The translations under genes were made by a program, and so were the position numbers. A stretch of DNA of 62,992 nucleotides, counting the filler, from Octopus bimaculoides (Eukaryota): assembly GCF_001194135.2 (NCBI RefSeq). It is 7 parts of 6 records of this genome, joined end to end, with 100 filler letters (N's around TTAATTAATTAA, not from the genome) between each part and the next. Parts side by side here need not be neighbours in the genome. Positions count along the whole stretch, not along the records: positions 39,128 to 43,519 come from NC_068999.1; positions 43,620 to 47,860 come from NC_068984.1; positions 47,961 to 60,520 come from NC_068996.1; 4 more parts are not named here. One strand, 5' to 3'. Below are positions 39,135 to 50,291 of the stretch, in pieces. The notes below the pieces were generated by a model that made no database searches, was not told the DNA's origin, and saw nothing but the letters and a program-made list of their open reading frames with translations. Within the stretch, counting starts at the first letter, position 1; each line of letters begins with the position of its first letter.

Positions 39135-39494
39135 ATTCTTTTTTACTCTAGGCACAAGGCCCAAAATTTTTGGGGCCGGTGCTAGTCGATTAGATCGACC
39201 CCAGTACGCAACTGGTACTTAAGGATGAAAGGCAAAGTTGACCTCGGCGGAATTTGTACTCAAAACGTAAAAACAAACGAAATACCGCTAAGCATTTCGC
39301 CAGGCGTGCTAACGTTTCTTATTTCTTTATTGACTACAAGGGGCTAAACATAGAGGGGACAAACAAGGACAGACAAAGGGATTAAGTCGATTACATCGAC
39401 CCCAGTGCGTAACTGGTACTTAATTTATCGACCCCGAATGGATGAAAGGCAAAGTTGACCTCGGCGCGCTAACGTTTCTGCCAGCTCGCCGCCT
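39135..39494 (-). mobile_element. Composite Nin-type SINE (tail-B unit fused to a head-trimmed tail-A unit)
   Basis: Minus strand: GGCGGCGAGCTGGCAGAAACG, core, tail TTTGTCTGTCCTTGTTTGTCCCC..AATAAAGAAATAAG, then AAACGTTAGCACGCC, core and tail GTGCCTAGAGTAAAAAAG. Confidence 0.8.
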
Positions 39495-39556
39495 ATCATC
39501 ATACGAAATATTAAAAAAAATAAATAATGATAATAAAAGAAAAACGAAAAATACAA

Positions 39557-39628
39557 GGGCACGTCCGGGATTCGAACCCGGGACCTCTCGCACCCAAAGC
39601 GAGAATCATACCCCTAGACCAACGTGCC
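39557..39628 (-). tRNA. trnP-UGG: tRNA-Pro(UGG)
   Basis: GGCACGTTGGTCTAGGGGTATGATTCTCGCTTTGGGTGCGAGAGGTCCCGGGTTCGAATCCCGGACGTGCCC: 72 nt, full cloverleaf, T5 terminator downstream. Confidence 0.97.
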
Positions 39629-39650
39629 GACTTCTATTAAGCGATTACTG

Positions 39651-39683
39651 AATCGACAGAAAAATATAATTCGCTGAAGTTAA
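39651..39683 (-). promoter_or_regulatory. Positioned 5'-flank motif shared by all four tRNA-Pro genes (first copy given; others start at 39993, 40576, 41357)
   Basis: The plus-strand motif AATCRMCWGAAAARYATR starts 22-23 nt upstream of each tRNA 5' end and is followed by AAGTT. Function is inferred. Confidence 0.6.
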
Positions 39684-39898
39684 ATGTGATTTTATTTGAG
39701 AGAATCTATAGCAAAAATTAACATCGTATTCTTGTGACCTCTTTATAAATTCAATTTTCTCTTCTAGTTCTAGGTATGATATCAGACGTAATGTTGTAGG
39801 GAAAAAAAATCTGAAAACTAAAACAGGATGTCGCAAATGAATCAATGCTCCTCATACAAAATATGTTATTAGAAGAGATATAAAAAAAAAGCGAATAA

Positions 39899-39970
39899 GG
39901 GCTCGCCCGGGATTCGAACCCGGGACCTCTCGCACCCGAAGCGAGAATCATACCTCTAGACCAACGAGCC
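39899..39970 (-). tRNA. trnP-CGG: tRNA-Pro(CGG)
   Basis: GGCTCGTTGGTCTAGAGGTATGATTCTCGCTTCGGGTGCGAGAGGTCCCGGGTTCGAATCCCGGGCGAGCCC, followed by an oligo-T terminator. Confidence 0.97.
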
Positions 39971-40184
39971 AATTTCGTTACAGAGTCTAATAAATCAACT
40001 GAAAAGCATGTGTAATGCAGAAGTTCGCTACGCAATCCCGTGACTTTGGCTTTAGATCTGGTCTTGCTACACGTCATTTTGGTCAAGTGTCTTGTAGTGT
40101 AGCCACGGACTGACCAATGGCTTGTAAGAGAAATTCAGCTATACTATGCTCCAGACGGGCTGTTATGTAGCTTGTGTAGCTGTT

Positions 40185-40420
40185 ATGTAGCTCCAATAAT
40201 AATAGGTATGAAGCTGAAAGTTTGTCTTGGGCACTGGATTTCCAATTTCTTTATCAATGGTCCATAGATGTCCTCTTTCTCTTTTATTTTTCTAACCATA
40301 TTCGTGTCCATGGAGCAGCTGGATTACACAACAGACCATATCTATTCTTTGTGGTCCCATACAACGATATCTGACCGGTTGCGTTTAATGGGGTGGCTGT
40401 TTTAATTTTCAAGTTCCAGC
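40185..40420 (-). mobile_element. Restriction-like endonuclease (RLE) domain remnant of an R4/Dong- or NeSL-like non-LTR retrotransposon
   Basis: WNLKIKTAT / IKRNRSDIVVWDHKE*IWSVV*SSCSMDTNMVRKIKEKEDIYGPLIKKLEIQCPRQTFSFIPIIIGA, which fits the NRPDI..E..K.Y..PIIxGA PD-(D/E)xK layout. Confidence 0.8.
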
Positions 40421-40482
40421 ACGTGGTCTAATATGAATCCATGTTCCTCATACTACATATATCTAAAAAAAAAAAAATTAAT

Positions 40483-40554
40483 GAGCTCGTCCGGGACTCG
40501 AGCCCGGGACCTCTCGCACCCTAAGCGAGAATCATACCCCTAGACCAACGAGCC
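40483..40554 (-). tRNA. trnP-AGG: tRNA-Pro(AGG), variant or possible pseudogene
   Basis: GGCTCGTTGGTCTAGGGGTATGATTCTCGCTTAGGGTGCGAGAGGTCCCGGGCTCGAGTCCCGGACGAGCTC, carrying T54C, A59G and G1-U72. The T13 terminator is intact. Confidence 0.85.
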
Positions 40555-40672
40555 AACTGCATTCGATTGCAAAGAAATCACCTGAAAAATATGTATCAGT
40601 GAAGTTAATTATTGTTGATGTGTCATCAACCAGTTGCATGCATGCGTGTATGTATATATGTATGTATGTATG

Positions 40673-40708
<36 letters not shown>

Positions 40709-41262
40709 TGTATATATGTATGTATGTTTGTATGTATGTATGTATGTATGCATGTATGTATGTATGTATGTAGCAGCGATAATCGTCTTAATAGATTTAA
40801 TTATATTTTTCTCCTAATCATAAGACAAAGTCTGAGGTAATATTTTAAAGAGATAGACGGAAAAGGCAAAAGCATTCTTCTCGAAGAAATATGTTAAAAG
40901 CGAAAGACCAATGGCTGTGCTCCAGCATGGCCACACATAACAGGCTGGTGCACACAAAGGAATAAAAAGTTTGTCTAGGAGGAGGGGCCATGATCTTTTG
41001 CACCCATTGAAAGGGACCGCTTGCACCCGAAGTAAGACTTCTCACATGTGGTGGGATGTAGGGGTGAACTTTTACTTGCTAGAATCTTTAGCAAAGTTTA
41101 ACGTTATATACTTGTGGCCTCTTTACAAATTTAGTTCCCTATTGTAATTACTTGGATAATACTTGTAGGCTGTTGGGAAAAAAATCTAAGGTCACAACAC
41201 TATGTTGTTTAATATGGATCCATGCTCTTTGTACAAAATACATTACTAGAAAAAAAAATAAT

Positions 41263-41334
41263 GGGCTCGCCCGGGATTCGAACCCGGGACCTCTCGCACC
41301 CTAAGCGAGAATCATACCTCTAGACCAACGAGCC
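41263..41334 (-). tRNA. trnP-AGG: tRNA-Pro(AGG)
   Basis: GGCTCGTTGGTCTAGAGGTATGATTCTCGCTTAGGGTGCGAGAGGTCCCGGGTTCGAATCCCGGGCGAGCCC, followed by an oligo-T terminator. Confidence 0.97.
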
Positions 41335-41906
41335 GACTTCGCAGAAGTGGTGAATGAATCGACTGAAAAACATAATTCGCTAAAGTTAACTTCTCTGGTT
41401 GAAGGCATTGCTGTGTGATTACGCCATAGAAACCGGGAAACCGGGCCCATGAGCCTGGCTAGGTTTTGAAAGGGGCGACGTTTATCGTTTTTATCGAAGG
41501 CAGCAAAATCTAACATAGTTACTTCAGAGGATTATAAGACACTTAAAAGCCATAATATTAAGTCAAAACTATTCAAAGCTATTCGGTCCTTTTCTAAACG
41601 TTTAAGCCATAAAACTGTTTTTCAGTACAAGATAAAACAGACATTCATAAACACTTTTTCCCACATTCCACAGCTAATAATAATAAATATAAGTGTCTCG
41701 ACTGTGAACTGGTGGTAAATCTCGAAACTCTACTTAGAACGAAGGTGTTCTCCGATGTTATTGATTTCCTGAATTGGTACACAGAACCATAAATTCGCAA
41801 TGTATGACGGTGTAGTCTATCGAATCTCCCCCTCCCCTCCTTCTCCCTTTCTCATTCTCTTTCTCTCGACAGCAGGCATCAACTGTGTTCATTACGTGTG
41901 AATGTA

Positions 41907-41909
<3 letters not shown>

Positions 41910-41959
<50 letters not shown>

Positions 41960-42240
41960 TAATAATGCCCGGATGCAGTGCCAGGCAGTGGCTCTCATGG
42001 CTTCTTATCTTATGTGATTGGAAGTGTTATCATGTACATTGTTTTGTCTTGGTATAAAAGATGGGCTACAACAAATATTCTGCTCAATACCACAGATTTG
42101 CTTGTCAGTTGCTTGATCTTAACCAGTTGAGCATGTCCCTTGGTGGCTGACGATATGTGCATCTCTGATCATGAGCAGAAGTAGTAGGGGAGCATCATAA
42201 CCATATATTGAGAGGAATTCTTTGGGGGGTTGGATAATTT
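41910..42240 (-). mobile_element. Probable non-LTR retroelement 3' end with an (ATT)n tail
   Basis: Complex, relatively GC-rich sequence ending ..GCCACTGCCTGGCACTGCATCCGGGC directly into (ATT)n on the minus strand. No coding motif was recognised. Confidence 0.5.
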
Positions 42241-43485
42241 ACCTTTGGAAACATGTTTCGTTCATCATCGGTAAACAACCGTTATTCAGAGACCTTTTAA
42301 GCGGGACTGGGCCCCCTTCTATGTGGTCTCTGTTCCATAGACCACAGCAAATTCTGGAAAAACTTGGAAACGAAATACAAAAAATTAGTCAAGACAGATC
42401 TGTGCTATGAGAAGAAGTTTCAAGATGTGACGCTTGTCGTTGCTACGGCGACATCCAGAGGCAATCTCGTTAATGGATTCCCGAAAGCTTTACAAAGAAC
42501 AAAACTTAGAATTAAGTGGATTTAGAAAAAAAAACCATGCTGATAATATGATATTACCTGCTTACATCTTCTATACGTACACGAACAGACAGACAGACAC
42601 GCACACACACTCGCACAGATATACACACACGCATAAACACGCACATACTCACACACTCACACACACTCAACTCACACAGACACATTCAGTCACGCATTTA
42701 CAAATACTCACACACACGTACACTCACACACATACATAGGCACCTACTTAGCTATTGAAGCAAAATGAAAGTACAATATTTCATTACAAGCCAAGCCAAA
42801 AGTTTAAATGAGAAGCTAGAAACGTTGTATACTGTGTGAGACATACGTGTATTGGTAGCTAATGTAGAAAAACGATCACAATTTATATAACAAAATAACT
42901 TTTACCATAGACGAAACACTAGGCCAACTAAACAATTATAACAATAAAAGATAGCGTTATTTGTCAGCTTCTTTATCACAGATAAATATTGTAGATTAAC
43001 AGACGATAGCAAACTTAAAAAATATATATCTTTTCAGCACAGTAAAACGATCCGACAGTAAGACAAATCACAGAGGCAATGTACATACATAATCGGAAGC
43101 TTAACAGAAAATAAGAAAGGGGTGACTACATTAACTGTCACACTCCATCCAAAATATAAATATTACCAACAACCATGCAACACATCTGAATATAATCACC
43201 ACCACCAGCACCATCCTGATTCGAAGCCGAAGTAATGACACTAATACAACACGGCGCTCGAGCATAGTTGCAGTCAAAATGACCAAAACCAGAAAGAGTA
43301 TAAAAAAAAAACGATCGAGGATAGCAGAGATAATAGAGAAGTCTAACAGGACATTGTGAATAGCGTAACATAACATTACAGTACAAAATCGCAATGCGAG
43401 ACACGAATGAATGTAGGTAAGTATATATATTTGTTCCAGAATTTGCAGTGGTCTATGGAACAGAGAGCACATAGGAGGGGCCCAG

Positions 43486-43519
<34 letters not shown>

Positions 43520-43638
43520 NNNNNNNNNNNNNNNNNNNNNNNNNNNNNNNNNNNNNNNNNNNNTTAATTAATTAANNNNNNNNNNNNNNNNNNNNNNNNN
43601 NNNNNNNNNNNNNNNNNNNTATATATATATATATATAT

Positions 43639-43685
<47 letters not shown>

Positions 43686-43917
43686 TGTGTGTATGTGTGT
43701 GAGTGTGTGAGTGTGCGCGCGCACGCGTTGTGTGTGTGTGTGTGTGTGTGTGTATACACATACACACACGCCGCGAACATTTCTGTACACACGCCGCCGC
43801 AACTCCAAGTTTCAGTCCCAGTTATCGCACACGAGTTGCTACACGCGCACTCAACTGGGCGTCATCAGCATCAACCGAACCACCACCACCACCGCCATAG
43901 TCACCTGCACCACCACT

Positions 43918-43951
<34 letters not shown>

Positions 43952-44235
43952 GCAACACCTCTGTCGCTAGTGCTGTCACCATCATCGTCATCGTCATCGT
44001 CATCGTCACAATATCATCATAATCATCATCATCGTCATTGCCACTGTCAAACTAATCACCTTCGTATCACACAAATCGCTTGCTATGCATGTTTGCCAAA
44101 ACAATTCGACTGCTAGAAAAAAGTGTTCGTGTATGTGTGTGTATGTATGCGTGCGTGCATATGCATGCGAATGCATGACTGTGTATGCGTTCTCATGACT
44201 GCACGTGAGTATGATTGTGTGTTAATGTATGTCTC

Positions 44236-44266
<31 letters not shown>

Positions 44267-44808
44267 GTGAGAGAGAGAGGGAGAGCATCAGAGGGAGAGC
44301 ATCAGAGGGAGAGAGAGAGAAAGTGAAAGACACAGAGAGAAGGGGGGGGGGTCTATCGGGTGGATAATGGCGGTTGACTATGTTTATAGTTTGACGTCCA
44401 TTGAGAGATATATTCTCCCATCATTCATTGCGTCGACAATGTTTGAACAACCGATATGTACGTCATTTCACATCTTCACGTACGCACACACACACACACT
44501 CACAGACTCGCATGCGCACTCACACACATGCGTATTTACATGCTCACACAGCCACACGCATACACACCTATACACGTTTGTAGACGCGCTCGCGCACGTA
44601 CCTGCATAGAAAAACAATAATGAATGAGAAACATCACTCATAAACTGCAAAATGAATGGCTTATTTGTTGTTATTGTTGCAGACGATGATGAAGATGATG
44701 ACGGCAACAATGACAACAATGATGAGGGCCATGCTGATAACTATGACGGCGACGATTACGATGATAATGGCAGCGACGATGACAGCGACGACGATGGTGT
44801 TGATGACG

Positions 44809-44842
<34 letters not shown>

Positions 44843-44947
44843 CGACGATGATGATGATTATAAGGAGGAGGAGTAAGAGGAGGGAAGGATAATGATACTG
44901 ATTAGGATGCTGCTGCTGATGATCATGACGATGATGATGACGCCCAT

Positions 44948-44979
<32 letters not shown>

Positions 44980-46239
44980 AGATAGTGTAAATGTTTGTTA
45001 TTAATGAACATACAAATAAATATGAATGCAAACATCACATATCCCATAGCTCCCCCTCTATACACAGTCCTTAAATAACTGAATACATATATAAATAAGC
45101 AATATGTAGAAATACGCAAACATCATGAAAGTATTCTAATATGTACGTAGTTTGGGTTGCCTATATGGACTCATACACAATCAAACTTTCACACACACAT
45201 ATCCCAATATTTATAAATACAATCAAATACACATGCACAAACACGCACGAAGCTGGCATATGCACAATGCCAAAACATCCACATGTGCATAAACATATGT
45301 GTCTATGTGCATATAAGTATGTAAGCATTTCAGTGGTGCACACAAAAACGTGTATATATATATACATACATATACGCACTCACATACACAAAAAATGCAA
45401 AACTGGAGTGTTTGTTCATAAATTAAATAGTTACATCATCTTACACGTATTTCATTAACAATAGTATCCGTTCTATAAAGACAAAAATCTCATAATTACA
45501 TTGTTGATTCTTCAGAGATTACGTAACAAAGTAAATAACCTTTAAAATTTATGATGGACATCGGATAAGATTGCAGTATTAAAGACCACAGTAGTTTCTA
45601 CTGCGCTAAAATATGTCAAAAAATTTACTTAAACAACGAGTGAAAAGGGTAGTGTATTTTTTTAAACATTATAGGGAAGGAGGTTTTTTGTCTCTGTCGT
45701 ATCTGTTTTTATTGGTAGAAATAAGAGTGGCCATCAGATTTCTTAGCACCCAACAGGACAACTTTACATTTTATTATTCGTGTTTGGCAGCTAGCCGACA
45801 ATTATTCATTTTCATGGAGACTTTGGTTAGCGCGCGCACACACNNNNNNNNNNNNNNNNNNNNNNNNNNNNNNNNNNNNNNNNNNNNNNNNNNNNNNNNN
45901 NNNNNNNNNNNNNNNNNNNNNNNNNNNNNNNNNNNNNNNNNNNNNNNNNNNNNNNNNNNNNNNNNNNNNNNNNNNNNNNNNNNNNNNNNNNNNNNNNNNN
46001 NNNNNNNNNNNNNNNNNNNNNNNNNNNNNNNNNNNNNNNNNNNNNNNNNNNNNNNNNNNNNNNNNNNNNNNNNNNNNNNNNNNNNNNNNNNNNNNNNNNN
46101 NNNNNNNNNNNNNNNNNNNNNNNNNNNNNNNNNNNNNNNNNNNNNNNNNNNNNNNNNNNNNATATATATATATATATATATATATATAAGCCTATTGTGA
46201 TCTACTGAAATCTAGTGATAGGAGATGAAAGATGGCGTA

Positions 46240-46735
46240 ACTTTAAGGTCCGGAAACGAAGACTCAGTCCATAGAAGGGCGTGACTTCTTAAAGATTGAA
46301 GAAGTTCAAGAACCAACGATCAGCACAGAAGGTGCAGGGCCATTGGTTTTTAAGATGGCGAAAGCGTCATTTACCACGAAATTCTGGAATACGGCTATTC
46401 CAAGAAAAGCTTAGCGAAGCCATTAGGAGGAAGAAATTATAGAAAACTATTCACATTCTCCATGACAATGTGTGACCACAAATGTCATTGGCTAGAAACC
46501 AAGCAATGGGCAAATTGGACTATTCAGTGGTATCCCTTTCATCGTACAATCAGGATCTAACTCTCTCCAAATTCCACACGTTCAACCCAATGAAATCTTT
46601 AGGTACAATGGCTTGAAAACACAAACGTGTGGCTAGAAGAGTACAGACCTGAATATTTTCAAAGAGAATTTAAGAGTTTGGTTCAACGATGGCGAGAATG
46701 TTTCTTTTGCCAAAGAAATAATGATGTGTAATAAG
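46240..46735 (+). mobile_element. Mariner transposase catalytic-domain remnant
   Basis: PETKTQS, RSAQKV, LSEAIRRK, IHILHDN, SYNQDLTLSKFHTF (YSPDLAP equivalent), FQREFKSLVQRWREC. Confidence 0.75.
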
Positions 46736-46776
46736 TTTGTAAATAAGGAAGAGTTAAAAGAAAGTTATGCCAACTT

Positions 46777-46876
<100 letters not shown>

Positions 46877-46925
46877 GTCGCACACACAGTCGCACACACG
46901 CACATAAACACACACACACGCACAT

Positions 46926-46964
<39 letters not shown>

Positions 46965-47823
46965 AGTGGAGAGATATATAATACGCTTATCAGAGCTATA
47001 CAATATTGCTTAGTATAGACTTTTTAAGGGAGATAAATGGCAGTGAAACTAAAAATCCCACCTGTCAACTTGAAGAGTATTTATGACAAAATTCCCACCC
47101 CATTTAAACTATTATTGACCAATTCAAATACATAGAGGAGGTATCTAGAAGCAACTTATTCAGTAGATATGTTATCATTTAGGGCATGATGGAAAAATAT
47201 TTGATCAGTATTAATTCTAAGACTAGGAGAAGACATGTTGAGTTAATAAGAATTCTAAAGAGAAATAACCAATATATTATTCGCTAAGGAAGATATACTT
47301 CATAAAGAATATTTCCCTGAAAAATGAAAATTTTTAATAATATTATTTGTAATATGATTAAAATAAATTAAGAAAATTTTGAATTTAAAAATAGATAAAA
47401 AAAGTAAAAAATGCATTTAAAAATATGTTAAAAAGAAATTATATAATTATTTCTATCGAATGACATAGACAGAATGGACACAAAAAATATACTACTTCAT
47501 TTTAGTCTAATAGGGAACAAGCGGCTAGCTTTGATTCATTTTAACACAGTTGATACTATAACACTGATGTCCATAATGAATCCTAAAGATTATTTACACT
47601 CTGAAAATTCGATAATGTAATCTGGTTTTAAGATTTTTTTTTTTATGACGGACATGCAACAATGAAAGGAAACTTGAAATAAAACGAGTTCTTTCGGCGG
47701 TTTTCTCTTTTTATATATAAAGATGTACTCGGAATTCTAAATATTGATTATGTGTCATGAAGTTTCATTTAAATGGTACTGTGTTTGTGTGTGTGTGTGT
47801 CTGAGTGTGTATACATACATACA

Positions 47824-47859
<36 letters not shown>

Positions 47860-47960
47860 TNNNNNNNNNNNNNNNNNNNNNNNNNNNNNNNNNNNNNNNN
47901 NNNNTTAATTAATTAANNNNNNNNNNNNNNNNNNNNNNNNNNNNNNNNNNNNNNNNNNNN

Positions 47961-48375
47961 GCACTCAGCACACATTATAAAGTGGTTGGCATTAGGAAGG
48001 GCATTCAGCTGTAGAAAAGGGGCCAAATCAGACTGGAACCTGGTGCAACTCTCTAGCTTGCCACCTCTAGCACTCAGCACACACTCTGTAAAGTGGTTGG
48101 CATTAGGAAGGGCATCCAGCTGTAGAAACCCAGGTCAAGTCAAACTGAAGCCTGGTGCAGCTCTCTGGCTTGCCACCTCTAGCACTCAGCACACACTATA
48201 AAGTGTTTGGCATTAGGAAGGGCATCCAGCTGTAGAAACCAGGCCAGATCAGACTGGAACTTACTGCAGCTCTCCAGCTTGCCAGTTCCAGTCAAACCAT
48301 GTAACCCATGCCAGCATTGAAAGCAGATGCTATATGATGATGATGAAGATTATGATGATGATGATGATGATGATC
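47961..48375 (+). repeat. Three tandem ~110-bp copies of the RTE 3'-tail segment, ending in (GAT)n
   Basis: Units start at 47961, 48070 and 48182, each gcactcagcacac..aaagtg.ttggcattaggaagggcat.cagctgtagaaa. Confidence 0.9.
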
Positions 48376-48409
48376 ATTAAAGATGATGATTGAAGATGAT
48401 GTGTGTGTG

Positions 48410-48632
48410 TGTGTGTGTGTGTGTCTTTGTGTTTGTCCTCCACTACCACTTAACAGCTACTGTTGGCTTCCTTACCGTATCCATATCTTAATAGTTTAGC
48501 TAAAGAGACTAATACAATATGTACCAGGCTTAAAAAAAGTAAGGGGATGGGGAAGTGAGTTGTTTGACTAAAACCCTTCAAGGCAGTGAGTATAGCAGCA
48601 GCCTAATGACTGAAACAAGTAATAGATAAAAG
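48410..48632 (+). mobile_element. CORE-type SINE 3' half (diverged)
   Basis: gtgtttgtcc..accactt.ac..taaagagact..gtaccaggctt..gactgaaacaagtaa. Confidence 0.65.
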
Positions 48633-48641
48633 ATATAAATA

Positions 48642-48720
<79 letters not shown>

Positions 48721-49392
48721 NNNNNNNNNNNNNNNNNNNNNNNNNNNNNNNNNNNNNNNNNNNNNNNNNNNNNNNNNNNNNNNNNNNNNNNNNNNNNNNN
48801 NNNNNNNNNNNNNNNNNNNNNNNNNNNNNNNNNNNNNNNNNNNNNNNNNNNNNNNNNNNNNNNNNNNNNNNNNNNNNNNNNNNNNNNNNNNNNNNNNNNN
48901 NNNNNNNNNNNNNNNNNNNNNNNNNNNNNNNNNNNNNNNNNNNNNNNNNNNNNNNNNNNNNNNNNNNNNNNNNNNNNNNNNNNNNNNNNNNNNNNNNNNN
49001 NNNNNNNNNNNNNNNNNNNNNNNNNNNNNNNNNNNNNNNNNNNNNNNNNNNNNNNNNNNNNNNNNNNNNNNNNNNNNNNNNNNNNNNNNNNNNNNNNNNN
49101 NNNNNNNNNNNNNNNNNNNNNNNNNNNNNNNNNNNNNNNNNNNNNNNNNNNNNNNNNNNNNNNNNNNNNNNNNNNNNNNNNNNNNNNNNNNNNNNNNNNN
49201 NNNNNNNNNNNNNNNNNNNNNNNNNNNNNNNNNNNNNNNNNNNNNNNNNNNNNNNNNNNNNNNNNNNNNNNNNNNNNNNNNNNNNNNNNNNNNNNNNNNN
49301 NNNNNNNNNNNNNNNNNNNNNNNNNNNNNNNNNNNNNNNNNNNNNNNNATATTGTATATGATGATGATGATGATGATGTGTATATATAAAGC

Positions 49393-49440
<48 letters not shown>

Positions 49441-50068
49441 GCAAATAATCAGAAAATGGAGAAAACCTCAGATTAACGAACATTGATTGGACCATGTTTA
49501 TAACTTATTTTTTAATAAGCCTTCTTTTATCTACGGACTTTGTAGCCCCAAGAATGGTAAATTGTATGCTCTTAACATATTGGGCTTCTAGACTTTTCTT
49601 CTAGTCCATGTTTTCTTTCCTTTTCCTTCTTCCCTTTGTTTATATTTTGTATTCTCTGTTTTTTTTACTCAAATGAAGATCCGTTGCCTTAATTTCAAAT
49701 TTCCTATGAAGTTGAAGAATTTTATTCTTGCATTTATTTAAAGACAGTATTTTGGCAATGAATTGGAAACGGCTATAAGATATGTTACATCACCTATTTT
49801 GTTATATCATGCTTTATAAAAAAAAAGCTATAAATGTGGTCCAATCAATGTGTTTGTTAACCTGAGATTTTCTCCATTTTCTGATTATTTGCATTTGTTT
49901 CCTGGTAAACTCTTGTTTATCCTATTGTTACCTGCACTCTATGTGCATAGTCTGCTTGCACACTTATGCCTGGGGATAACATGGGTAATGGATACCAATA
50001 GTACATACAGATATTTTATCCCTTAGTCAATTATTATAACCACTCTGTTTACACTATATATATATTAT

Positions 50069-50193
50069 GAACCACATGGTTCTAGGTTCAAACCCACAGC
50101 ATGGTACTTTGGGCAAGTGTCTTCTACTATAGCCTTGGGCCGACCAAAGCCTTGTGAGTGGATTTGGTAGACGGAAACTGAAAGAAGCCCGTC

Positions 50194-50247
<54 letters not shown>

Positions 50248-50291
50248 GTATATATATATGTATGTATGTATGTGTGTGTGTTTGTGTGTCT
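50069..50291 (+). mobile_element. CORE-type SINE 5' half running into a microsatellite and gap
   Basis: aaccacatggttctaggttcaaacccac..tgggcaagtgtcttctactatagcc..gaaagaagcccgtcgtatata. Confidence 0.9.

Noticed and set aside
44652-44876. Asp-rich ORF resembling acidic shell proteins, preceded by a ttgcag acceptor-like site
   Set aside because: It is embedded in degenerate (GAY)n repeats like many others in the window, with no signal peptide or neighbouring exon support.
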